NCBI GenBank assembly: GCA_016906335.1
Contig: JADEYG010000007.1
Coordinates: 1,426,001 to 1,490,000, forward strand
Reading direction: 5' to 3'
Length of the DNA: 64,000 nt
Source: Novakomyces olei
Taxonomy: Eukaryota
A model generated the notes under the pieces. That model saw only the letters and a list, made by a program, of their open reading frames with translations. It searched no databases and had not been told where the DNA came from. Of this stretch, positions 12,253-23,327 are shown piece after piece. How positions within the stretch are numbered: the first letter of the stretch is position 1; the number at the start of each line of letters is the position of its first letter. The translations under genes were made by a program, and so were the position numbers.

Positions 12253-14440
12253 CTAGTTGTTCCTGCGATGTTAGAAGGAATAAATGAATAATAAATAATA
12301 AATAATAAATAATAAATAATAAATAATAAATAATAAATAATAAATAATAAATAATAAATAATAAATAATAAATAATAAATAATAAATAATAAATAATAAA
12401 TAATAAATAATAAATAATAAATAATAAATAATAAATAATAAATAATAAATAATAAATAATAAATATAAATAAATAGATAATAAATAAATAGATAATAAAT
12501 AAATAGATAATAAATAAATAGATAAATAAAAATTTGTTTCTATCAATTAGTCACATACCATGCACGAGACATAAATAGCTGAACTGTGCTAAGTGCTTCG
12601 TAGCGAACAGTACCATCAGGATGAGTCATGAGCTCCATCGAACGTTCTTTTGCGCCATAGCGCGTAAGCCGGTTGCGACCATCTGGACGTTCACGTAAAT
12701 ATCGGCCCAAGTCAGAGGCCGCAACCGCCAGCACTGTTGGGTCAGTAGACTCTTTCAGCCATTTAACCAAAAGTTTAAGCAAATGGTCGTCTTTCTCTTC
12801 CAGCCGTTTCGCGTTCTCATGCCAAAACTCAGCCGAGCGATGAGGTGGAGACCATCTCAAGTGACCTGACTCGATCTCGGAGGAATACTCGTCAAACGAT
12901 CTAATGATTAGCAAGAAATAAAAAGACGAAATTAAAAAATAACAAACAATAAAATCCAAGCATTAAACCATACGTGAGTCTCTCAAAGTTTGTCTGCATT
13001 TGCTCCACTAGAAACTGCATATCATCCACGATTTCTTGGTCGGACCACTTTCGTTTGAGGAAGTTTTGTGTTAAAGGTAGAAGCTCAGCCACTAGCAAAG
13101 CCGGAAGCACTTCATCCGGTGCGAGATCGACAAGATTTCGCAAGGAGGCGAACACAAGTCGGCTAATTTTCTCCTTTACGTCCCTTCGCGCAACTTTTGT
13201 GAGCCGATTGATAATATCAAATTCTCTGGCAAGTTAGAACAGGCATTTACAAACGGTAAATAATCTGAAGATCAGCAAGCATACTTGTCGAATTTGAGAC
13301 TGATCTTTGACTCAAATGTAAGCATCCATACAACAAGCAGGATGTGGTACTGGAGCTGAATTTGACCAGGACTTCCGTCCTCCAGGATTTGGAGTATGTC
13401 CTCCAAACGCTGGTGCTGACCCCAAAAAACGAGTCGATTGAAGGGCTGGCCAAGTATTCCAACATAAGACTGTACCGCGATATCCTGCACGTTATGTTCT
13501 GCAGCCAGTAAAGTGCGGCTCCAATTCAGGTATTGTGAAAGCGCATCCACATGCGGGCTGTTGGAAAAGCTGGTTGTTAGCTAATCTGCAGAGCTGGGGA
13601 CTTACTAGAAGAGGTACGTTAACACACGAGTGGCCAGTAAGGGAATTGACTCGTCCTCACTCCGTAGGCATCTAAAATAAGTACGGTGTTTTAATGGAGG
13701 ACGAAATGATGTATCAAACGTCTGAAAATTTTTGATGAATACGATCCCCCGAACGAGGAAGTGAACAAGAGTCTGTGAGCCAATGCCCTTCGCCATTGGC
13801 AAAACGGTGGGCACAAGAAAAAATGACAAAGGAGGCAATTGTAGGACCAGAAAATTCAAATTCAATAAAGAGTACCTTAGTACTGGCTCAAATGGTAAGC
13901 CTGCGGCAGCATCAGCTTGTAAAAGCTCGTCGACCCATCCCGGAACATCTGCAATGGTTAGCGAGTAACACGGAAAGGCAACAATAATTGGATAATAATT
14001 GAATAATAATTGAAAAGAAGTAGCAGAAACGTACCGGATATTAAATCAGCGGCCAGCACGAGCACGTATTGGATAATATCGGCCCTCTTTATCTTTTGCA
14101 GCAATCCTAGTACAACATTGGCATAGTTGTGCGCATCCTACATGGCATATTAGCGCTTTGAACATGCACCAGCCTGCCTACCGCTCTAACAATGCTGGCC
14201 CGCTTTTCCAAAGTACAGTTTTCTACAGCCTTGATCGTCTTCATCACGTGGTCGTTCATTAGACCAGCACGCTGATAGCCCTCCCACGGAATCGGCCGCC
14301 GGCGAATCGATTCCGACAGTTCATCGAGTACTGGGCTCGTGAACATTATAGCCGTGTAATTGATGTTCGTTTCCTACACGTTAGACCAGACCAGAATTGC
14401 CATACAGCCGCAAGACTACCTCTTCCTCTGGCGACACCAT
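12253..14440 (-). CDS. VMA13: V-ATPase V1 subunit H, 9 exons
   Basis: Introns 14419-14374, 14181-14138, 14034-13949, 13875-13672, 13605-13570, 13284-13226, 12973-12901 and 12558-12263 all keep frame. Motifs IPWEGYQRA, QLQYHILLVVWMLTF, VKEKISRL, SFDEY..SGHLRWSPPHRSAEFWHENA. Confidence 0.93.
12287..12529. repeat. (AATAATA) about 25 copies followed by 15-mer (AAATAAATAGATAAT) copies, inside the last VMA13 intron
   Basis: Perfect tandem array read directly from the sequence. Confidence 0.95.
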
Positions 14441-14859
14441 TGTGAGCGACCCGCAGTCTGAGTCGGGAGCGTTAGACTAACTGGATTGTATCAATTACGA
14501 ATAAACTGAACGATGTTTGAGCTTTGCAGCCAATCCTCCATCAAGTAAGTGTACACAAATCAATCAGCTGCAAGTTTAATATTTAGTATATTAAAGCAAA
14601 CATTTATTTATAATTTATATTTATAAAATACTATTGTCTATCTTGCGGACGGCGGTCTATAATAAAAGCACTATAAAAATGCACCGTTAACTACAATTAG
14701 TAGTACGTTTCGCCAGTGCTTGGTACAAGTAAGTACTAACGCTATACAAGCAAGCAATTATTAGGGTTAGGGTTAATCAACATAGGTCGGCCAAGTGTCA
14801 TATAATACAGAGATCGCGTCCTGTCACGGCCAATCAACGCAGAGCGCAATGGTACGCTG

Positions 14860-15747
14860 ATGGACCGAGAGTATGGTCGTATTCGGCATCTGTTTGCAGG
14901 TGGTGCCGGAGGCTTAGCAGCCTCTGCGATTCTGCAGCCGTTGGATTTACTCAAGACTCGAGTTCAGCAACCCTCCGGTGTAGGACGTCATACTTTCCAT
15001 TCACGCACTGAACGAATTGTCGCTACTGTTCGGCCATTGCTGCGCGACCCTCGGCGGCTACGCGAGCTATGGCGTGGAGCTCTGCCTTCCATGATTCGCT
15101 CCTCGCTCGGCTCTGGCTGCTATTTCTACACATTAAATCTTTTTCGTCGAAACTTGCAAAGGCACGGCATCGGCACAAAAGGTGCATCGCTAAATGATTT
15201 TGCTAATTTAGCGACCGGCTCAGCTGCCCGTACACTCGTAGGGATGGCCTTTATGCCTATCACTATCGTTAAAGTCAGGTTTGAGAGCAACGTTTATGCT
15301 TACAGTGGCCTTTTTCATGCTTTTCGTGATATCGCTCGAACGGAAGGCGTACGTGGCTTTTTCCGAGGGTTTGCTGCCACTGCTCTACGCGACGCGCCTC
15401 ATGCCGGTATTTATGTTCTGTTCTACGAAAGGTGTAAGGCTGCCTGGCGGCAATGGCACAGTTACAATGCTACTGGACCTCCCGGTGCCGTTACTACAGC
15501 AACGATTAATCTTGCGTCTGGGGTAGTGGCTGGAATAGCTGCTACTGCAGTTACGAATCCGTTTGACGTTATAAAAACACGGATGCAGCTGTTTCCCAGC
15601 CGGTATCGTAATATTTGGCTTTCCTGCAAATTGCTTTGTGCTGAAGCTGGGTACAGTGGGTTTTTTGATGGCCTTGTATTGCGAGTCGCCAGAAAGGCGT
15701 CCAGTTCGGCACTCACATGGACAATTTACGAGCTGTTTGCTTCATAG
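14860..15747 (+). CDS. HEM25: Mitochondrial glycine carrier (SLC25A38 family)
   Basis: Three carrier signatures QPLDLLKTRVQ, MPITIVKVRFES, NPFDVIKTRMQ, plus LWRGALPS and ALRDAPHAGIYVLFYE. Confidence 0.9.
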   Translation: MDREYGRIRHLFAGGAGGLAASAILQPLDLLKTRVQQPSGVGRHTFHSRTERIVATVRPLLRDPRRLRELWRGALPSMIRSSLGSGCYFYTLNLFRRNLQRHGIGTKGASLNDFANLATGSAARTLVGMAFMPITIVKVRFESNVYAYSGLFHAFRDIARTEGVRGFFRGFAATALRDAPHAGIYVLFYERCKAAWRQWHSYNATGPPGAVTTATINLASGVVAGIAATAVTNPFDVIKTRMQLFPSRYRNIWLSCKLLCAEAGYSGFFDGLVLRVARKASSSALTWTIYELFAS

Positions 15748-16343
15748 TGAGTGCCGCACTTTGTTCACTGATACCCGTCGTGTTAAAATGTTGGGGACAA
15801 AACAGAAATTGGAGGCATACATTCATGAGTAAAACATTTATTTAATCTTGGTAGTTGGTATTTTTTGCATTTGAATTCCAACTTTGTAGTATCATTATCA
15901 TTCAATAGATAGGAGCTAGCGATATTAGTTTGCGCTGTCGTGTTGAGCTCTCAGACAGTATTTGTACCTGAAACAAACGCTATGGCCTATTCTGTGACGG
16001 GTCGACTTATAGCGGACAATTGATCGGGCAGCTGAACTCGGTGGTTATTTATTTTCGTAAAATTTACCACTTTGAATTTTTCGAAAAATGTAAGCTTGGA
16101 AAACTCATTGGCACTACGTTTGAAGACTTTATTACTTCTGTATGATGTGCAGAATGAGAAAACGAGTACGACGCAATTGCAAAAGGTGCAAAAATCGCTT
16201 TCAATCATCAGTCTTTCCTTTATCACTCATAAACTCTACAGACACATTACGCTGGAGCGTAACATATTTTCGGCCTAATATGATCAACAGTATTATAATG
16301 CAAAAATAAGCATAAGAAAGGAGGATTAAAAAAATTTGATGTA

Positions 16344-16428
16344 TGACAGATGTGGGACTTGAACCCACGACCTTTTGTGTCCATCCAAGATGTTAGACAA
16401 ATGCGCTAACCAACTGCGCCAATCTGTC
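16344..16428 (-). tRNA. tRNA-Val(AAC) with 11-nt intron at 37/38
   Basis: Cloverleaf: acceptor GACAGAT/ATCTGTC+A73; D stem GCGC/GCGC; anticodon stem TTTGT/ACAAA with loop CT-AAC-A[TCTTGGATGGA]C; T arm GTGGG-TTCAAGT-CCCAC. A T-run Pol III terminator follows. Confidence 0.9.
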
Positions 16429-16531
16429 GTTCTATTAGACCATAATGTCTGAGATATAGTTCCAAGGCGAACATCCCGACATATATTGCTCTAAATCGTC
16501 GCCAACCCCCACACGTGCCGAACCATGAGGC

Positions 16532-19500
16532 ATGGAAACCTGTGATTTGCGCATCTTGTGCCTCAGCTATACAAACTCTGGCGAGGAAGATGCTAAAGGC
16601 GAGGAACGGCGGTCGTTTGGACCCCCCGTGATTCATATTTTTGGGCGAGATACTTTACAGCGGTCTGCTTGTGCACATATCCACAACGTATACCCGTATC
16701 TCTATATCGAGTGTAGTTGTGCGCAAGACAAAGGTAAGACGCTGCTGCGCCGTGTTGTATGCTATTCTGCTGAAGGCTTTATGGCTTACGCTATTGCCGT
16801 CCATATAGTATCTATTTCTTTTCAAGGGCTGATTATTTAGAAGCACAATGGAGCGCATGGGTCCGCGAAGGAGTAGAGACTGCGCTCGGCCGTATCGCCA
16901 AAGGCCGACTGGTACACAGCGTCAGTGTGGTCGATCGAGTCCCGTTTTACGGGTACTGTGCACACAAACGCCGCTTTGGCCAAATTTCTATCGTTGCGCC
17001 TCAGCATATGACCTTTCTCGCGGACCAGTTACGTAAGGGCACTGTAACTGGTGCGAGCGAACGCGTTTACGAGGCACATATCCCCTTTATTTCACAGTTT
17101 ATGATGGACAACAACCTTTACGGGTGCAATTTTCTCAATGTTTCTGGCCGCGTCCGCACGGAGCGCGAAACAAAGTGCAGTATTGAGATTGATGTTGTCG
17201 ATATTTACAATCGAGCAGACCTTTGCACGCGTGAGCCCGGGAGCAGTCCATTGAGCCAAGAGCATTACTTGCCTTCCCTCGAAGACCTCTGGGCGGGCGA
17301 GCGCCGGAGGCAGGCAGAGTACAATGCATCTCCTATATCGCAGCAAAAACCGGTACCTCGAGTGTCGGGGTTCCGATTCGAGTACATGTTTCAGGATTGG
17401 CTGGATGCCAATTTTCCTCCTGGGTCTTTAGGCAAAACGGACAGAACCGGTGGATTAGGGGCTCAGCTGGCTCCTATGGCTCCCATGGTTCCCATGGTCC
17501 CCACATTAGACGAGTCTATAGCTGATCGGGAACGGGTAATGGGCAATACTGCTCTGGCATTTAATGTATCTTTGTCCTCCAACAACGATACGGCGAGTAC
17601 AGCCGCGACAATCCCCTTTCTGCAGAGCACAAGCAGCGGCAGCGAAGGCCAACCGTTTGCTGCCCGTAAACGATGGGTATACAAGCACATGGCCCCTCAA
17701 AATATCGATATATTAAACACCTTTGCTCCCCCCATACACAAGCAAAATGTTGGCACAGTAGACCCTAAACCCCCATTTGTTTGCTCACTCGGGAGCAAGG
17801 GCCGGGTCTTGCGGTACGAGTACGCCAAACCCGCTCCGTGTCCCGACTTGAGTCCCTTGTTCGAGCAAATGCCTTTTAAACAGGAGGAGCAGACTGCTCA
17901 TGTTAAGCAATTTAATGAGCTGACCCAGCTCCGCCAGCGGCTGAGCCAGGCGAGCAACATGGACCAGGGCAAACTGCCTCGCAAATCAAGGACACTGGGC
18001 CAAGGCATCCCCCTCGTCCTCCTGAGCATGGAGTGCTTTTCCTCACAGACACAAAGCGATGCCTTTGCCGACCCGCATGAGGAAGCAATAGACGCAATAT
18101 TCTGGACAGTGGCCTACGTCTCCTGGCCCAACGACGGCAGGCGAACGTGTTCAGGGATTGTCTACAACAGCGACACTATTACGCACTTGCACAGACTCGA
18201 AAAGTGCCCTTCGTTGCAGGTACAGAGCTGTGATTGCGAGTACGCAGTAGTAAACTGCTTTGTGCAGGTTGTAAACGACCTTGATCCGGATATTGTAATG
18301 GGGTACGATACAGAGCGAGAGTCCTGGGGCCATCTCTTGACTCGTACGTCTTTGGCCTTTAATGTTGAACTGCACAAAGCCCTTTCCCGGCTCTGCCACG
18401 ACTCCTCCAAGCCACGATCGTCTGCCTACTTTGACGTCAACTCTGCCGGTATCACCATCCAAGGCCGTGTTTGCCTGACTGTTTGGCGGCTGCTTAGAGC
18501 CGAAGCTGCTCTAACCTCGTACACAGTAGAGAGCGTGGCTTTCCATTTTTTACATAAAAGGTTACCCCGATTCTCCCTCCACACTCTCGGCCAATGGGCA
18601 CGCAGCTCTCACCGGCAGAGTCTGGCACTGTTTCGTGACTATATGTGGCAAAGGTGTATGCTCAATATTGCTCTGCTGGAGCAGTGCGACTTTGTGTATA
18701 GGGCTACAGAGATGGCAGCAACGCTCGGCATCGATTTCATGTCCGTCTACAGCCGAGGATCGCAGTTTAAAGTGGAGAGTCTGATGCTGAGGATAGCCAA
18801 ACCAGAAACGTTTGCCCTCTTTTCGCCGTCTCGGGAACAGGTGGGCCAGCAGGACGCTTTGCAGTGCCTTCCTATGGTCATGGAGCCGCACTCTGCTTTT
18901 TACAAGGACCCAGTCCTTGTGCTTGACTTTCAATCCCTCTACCCTTCCATTCTTATCGCCTATAATTACTGCTACTCGACGTGCCTGGGCAAGTTGAATA
19001 CTAGCAGTTTTGTTAGCAAAACTGCTAACAATACTGCCAGCAATACCGCCTTTGAGCCCGATCTGGGCGTCCTTTCGGCCTTCCAGGCCAGCACAGAGGG
19101 TCTCGGGCGGGACGACGTCTGTATTGCTCCCAACGGGGTCGCTTATGTAAAGAGCCATGTGCGCCAGGGCCTCTTGGGCCGAATGCTGCAAGAGATTCTG
19201 GACACGAGATTCATGATTCGGGCGGGCATGAGAGTAGGCAGCGATGATGCTCATCAGATGAAGCTGTTGGACGGACGGCAATTAGCGCTCAAGCTGATTG
19301 CTAATGTAACGTATGGCTATACGTCTGCCTCCTTCTCTGGCCGAATGCCCTGCAGTGCTATTGCAGACAGCATTGTGCAGACTGGCCGTGAACTGCTCTC
19401 GAGAGCAATTGACCAGATTCATGCCTGTGCCAGTTGGAGGGCGAATGTAGTGTACGGGGACACAGACAGCCTGTTTGTGCATTTGCCGGGCGCCAGTATG

Positions 19501-20397
19501 GCAAGAGCCTTTCAAGTTGGACACGAGATTGCGAGTGCAGTTACCGCCCACAATGCAGAGCCTATAAGACTAAAGTTTGAAAAGGTATACTACCCTTGCT
19601 TCCTGCTGGCGAAGAAACGGTACGTGGGCAGCAAGTACGAGTCACTGGCACAGTACCACCAAGGCAGGGCCGAGTTTGATGCTAAAGGCATTGAAACAGT
19701 GAGGAGGGATACGACACGGGCAGAGCAAAGGATCCTGGAGACGAGTATCCGCCTGTACTTTGGCACACAGGACCTGGCAGCAGTAGAGCGGTACTTTAAA
19801 GCACAGTGTGAGAAGGTGCTGAACGGAACCCTATCCGTCCACGAACTCGCCTTCAGCAAGGAGGTCAGGCTCGGGACGTACAGCGAAACGGCTAATGCGC
19901 CTCCTCCACCGGGAGCGGCAGTTGCAAAAAGACGGCAGGTCAAGGATAAGAGGGCTATTGCACTTTACGGGGAACGTGTGCCCTACGTTATTACGTGTGG
20001 AGCCCCGGGAGACCGGCTGGTTGAGCGTGCTCTTTCCTTCCAAGAGTACCTTTACCAGCGCAGAGTGGAAAAGTGCAGGATCGATGGGCAGTATTACATC
20101 CTTAATAACATCGTCCCGCCCATGGAAAGGCTGTTTGCCCTGGTGGGAGCGAATATTAGGAGCTGGTACGATGCTCTGCCACGAAAATTACGTGAAGTGG
20201 ACAACACTAGTGGCAGTAATGGTACTGGCACGAGTAATGCCAACCAGGTGGAGGTAGAGATCGATAATGGCACGCAAAATAGGCTGCAGACAGCGAGGAA
20301 AGTATGTGCCAGCTGCTGCCACTCGTCGCTTCTCTTGTCCGACCATTGTGAGTCGTATGATTGCCCCACGCTGTTTGACAAACAGATGAATTTTTAA
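16532..20397 (+). CDS. REV3: DNA polymerase zeta catalytic subunit, 2 exons
   Basis: Exon 1 16532-16733 (PVIHIFG..CAHIHNVYPYLYI), intron 16734-16840. B-family motifs SRGSQFKVES, VLDFQSLYPS, KLIANVTYGYTSASFSGRMPC, YGDTDS, KGIETVRRD. Confidence 0.96.
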
Positions 20398-20733
20398 ATT
20401 GATAGACTTGATACAAGAGACCGAGTGTGAAAGTAGGATCTGGTCTGGTTGATACCCATTAAATAGACATGACAAATTTTGAATAAAACAAACTTGGCAA
20501 GTGGTAACGTATTGCACTTAATCTGCAGTTGTCTGCAGTTGACTGCAGTTGACTAGTATTGCAATTGGTAAAGGTTTAGAGGGCGGTAGCAGTGTACGTG
20601 CCATGGCTATTGATCAAATAAAATTATAATTAATTGCTACGTTGCCAGAGACGTGCGCGTCGAGTCGTAATTTGATTTCGCCGGAAAAGCAATCAATGTA
20701 CACTCATTTTATCCATCATAAAAATTTGCCCTC

Positions 20734-21098
20734 TCAGTGCTCAAACACGCCTTCGCGGTGCACAGTGACCTGAGCCGGTTTCAAGTTGCCATCGATAATA
20801 CCCTGTATTGATTGGACACGTACTCGCTGACAATAGTTAGTACCTTTGTTCCAAAACCTTAATAAGCGCCAATAGGATTGCCTATTAACCCTCATGTCTT
20901 GCCAGTTACCTCCTTTGTATGCCGCAGGCACTCGTAAAAATCAGAGTGCTCATCGACGCATTTGCCAGGGTTGTCCGTCTGCGAATAGCACGCGACGAAT
21001 TGCTGCCAGAGCGGATAGCACCGGTTCTGTCCGCCGTTTACACCGAATCCTGTCTGTAAGTAAAGTGCAGCCAATTGCGCCAACGTACCTGACGACAT
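20734..21098 (-). CDS. NADH:ubiquinone oxidoreductase NDUFS5/NIPM-type twin-Cys subunit, 3 exons
   Basis: Introns 21088-21050 and 20909-20827. Spliced MSSGFGVNGGQNRCYPLWQQFVACY..KCVDEHSDFYECLRHTKE. Confidence 0.88.
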
Positions 21099-21232
21099 TG
21101 GGCCAAAAGGTAAAACTGCTCTCTTTGCCGTTGCCCGGATATTGTGATCGGCCAGGATGGTTAAAAAACCCTGCCAGAGTGTAGCAGTGATTTTGTACTA
21201 TACAGACATGAGGAAATGTGAGGATAAGGATG

Positions 21233-21342
21233 AGGATAATATAGGATAATATAGGATAATATAGGATAATATAGGATAATATAGGATAATATAGGATAAT
21301 ATAGGATAATATAGGATAATATAGGATAATATAGGATAATAT
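21233..21342. repeat. (ATAGGATAAT) x10-11 in a divergent promoter
   Basis: Perfect 10-mer array. Confidence 0.95.
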
Positions 21343-21403
21343 TACACAGACCGCAACCTCAGCTCGGAATCATGATTTGGCGTACGAGTCGGGAGGAATA
21401 GAA

Positions 21404-21721
21404 ATGGCGTTTCAACAGGAATTGGAGCATTTACAAAAATTTATTGTAGACTGGAAAGACGGGATTGTGGACGCTGATACGAGCGACGCTTCGTTTCTGC
21501 TCAGAGTCCCTCTGGCTGATGGAGACACGACGAATTGCGCGAGTTTCCGTGTAAAATTCTGTGGACAAAAAGGCGGCTGGCTCGTTTCAAAGGACCAGGC
21601 GCAAACTAATTACGAGAGTATTGAAACGTTTCTACTACAAAATTCAAATTGGTACCGCAGACGCCACGTGGCAATGCTGACAACACGGCTTGCGCGAGTG
21701 CAAAGCGAGAATCGGAATTGA
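21404..21721 (+). CDS. Small protein, GSKIP (DUF727)-like domain
   Basis: C-terminal YESIETFLLQNSNWYRRRHVAMLTTRL resembles the GSKIP YET..LL...S..Y....L..RL motif, recalled from memory. Confidence 0.5.
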   Translation: MAFQQELEHLQKFIVDWKDGIVDADTSDASFLLRVPLADGDTTNCASFRVKFCGQKGGWLVSKDQAQTNYESIETFLLQNSNWYRRRHVAMLTTRLARVQSENRN

Positions 21722-22157
21722 TACTGTACAAGACGTCACAACCAGCAGCTGAGGCAGAATTAGGCAGTAGAATTAAGGCAGTAGCCAGGCTAGAGAAAGG
21801 CAAAGGTTTATAAAGACTAGACACTTTTCATGTCGTCATACAATCTGCGCTGCAAGCGACAGGTTGGGCATACGCGAGGTGTGTATTTCTCGCTTTATCC
21901 AAGTCTACACTTTATCCATCGCCGAGTGGGCAATGAATAAAGTAGGGCAATGGCAGATCGGAGCGGACAAGATTGTGTAAATTAATATGCAGAAATCGGC
22001 AGAGAAACCAAGAGCGGTTGATCTTGCGAGACAAGTACAAATGCGAGGGCCGCACACACCACCAACGTCTACGACTGCACCGTCTATGACCAGGACAATG
22101 GCTTGCAGATTGCGATAGTGTATAGCCTTATAAGAATCGCGTTGCAAAGCGTTCGAG

Positions 22158-22830
22158 TCAAGACTTTTCTTGCGCGTCTTTTATCACGTGCACTAGCCAG
22201 TCCATACCTTCGCGTAGCCCATCGCCCTTGACCGCGCTTGTCCCGATAATTGTCCAATTGCGGTCTTTGAGACGGGTCAAGTTAAGCGCCTGGCTGATCT
22301 CGCTCGGCCGTAGGGCGCCCGGCATATCTTGCTTGTTGGCAAACACCAAAAGTGCAGCAGACTGTAATTCCTCCTCTGAAAGCATTGCCTGCAGCTCGTC
22401 CGCCGTCGACGAAAGCCGGTCTGTGTCCTGCGAATCCACAACGTATATCACCGCCTGCGTGTTTGTATAGTAGCACCGCCAGTACGGCCGTATGGACGAC
22501 TGGCCACCCAGATCCCATACATTAAGCTTTATATTCTGGTACGTGACCGTCTCCACATTGAACCCGATCGTGGGCACAGTGGCCACTACTTCGCCGAGCT
22601 ACGAGCAAAGGAATAAGGTTAGCTTCTTGTGGCACTCAAAAATCCGAGTCATGGACCTCTAACTTTGTCCAACTTTGTTTAACTTTGTCCAACTTTGTCC
22701 AACTTTTCCAACTTACCTGCAGCCTGTACAGTATCGTAGTCTTGCCCGCTCCATCGAGCCCAAGGATCAAGACCCGTACTTCCTTGTCGCCCCATAGCCG
22801 CGAAAGCATGCGCGAGAACACTTGGCCCAT
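22158..22830 (-). CDS. ARL1: ARF-like GTPase 1, 2 exons
   Basis: Myristoylation MG start, [15 protein letters not shown], intron 22716-22599, [21 protein letters not shown]. Confidence 0.95.
22661..22714. repeat. (AACTTTGTCC) about 5 copies in the ARL1 intron
   Basis: Direct reading. Confidence 0.85.
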
Positions 22831-22960
22831 TGTCGGGTTGGACGCAAGCGGCGTACGTCACTTGCTGCGTTCAGCGTCCGTGCACAATGTGTACTGTGGC
22901 AGTTGTCATACTTGAATAATCTTGCAGTAGAGCTGGGGAACGTGTGAAGGTCAGAGTGAA

Positions 22961-23053
22961 TAGGGTTAGGGTTAGAGTAATTGGTAAATTTAGGTTTAGG
23001 GTTTACATGTATAAACTGATAATAAAAGGGTTAGGGTTAGTAAGGGTTAGGGT
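22961..23053. promoter_or_regulatory. Cluster of TTAGGG/TAGGGTT telomere-like boxes upstream of ARL1
   Basis: tagggttagggttag, tttagggttt, agggttagggttag, agggttagggt; candidate Tbf1/Teb1-type sites. Confidence 0.55.
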
Positions 23054-23327
23054 CAAGTATTCTACAGGGTTACTACTGCTACTGCTACTGCTACTGCTCC
23101 TGCTACTGCTCGTGCTTCGCTGCCTCCGAGTCTAGACACTCTTTACAAATTAAAGATGTTGGTTGCCAGTTGTGCTTGCGGCTCTATCGAGGTAATGGGA
23201 ACGGTCAACGTCTAATGTTTCAGCTTTCCACATTATCTAGCCATATATTGTACAGTCGATATTTCTCGACAACGTGTATATTACGCGACATGGCACGTTA
23301 TGCGAGCCTGCAAACTGCCCATAAACA

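Noticed and set aside
12271..12546. ORFs made of repeats (also 62525-62710, 61053-61265, 22944-23135)
   Set aside because: Stop-free translations of tandem arrays with no protein-like features.
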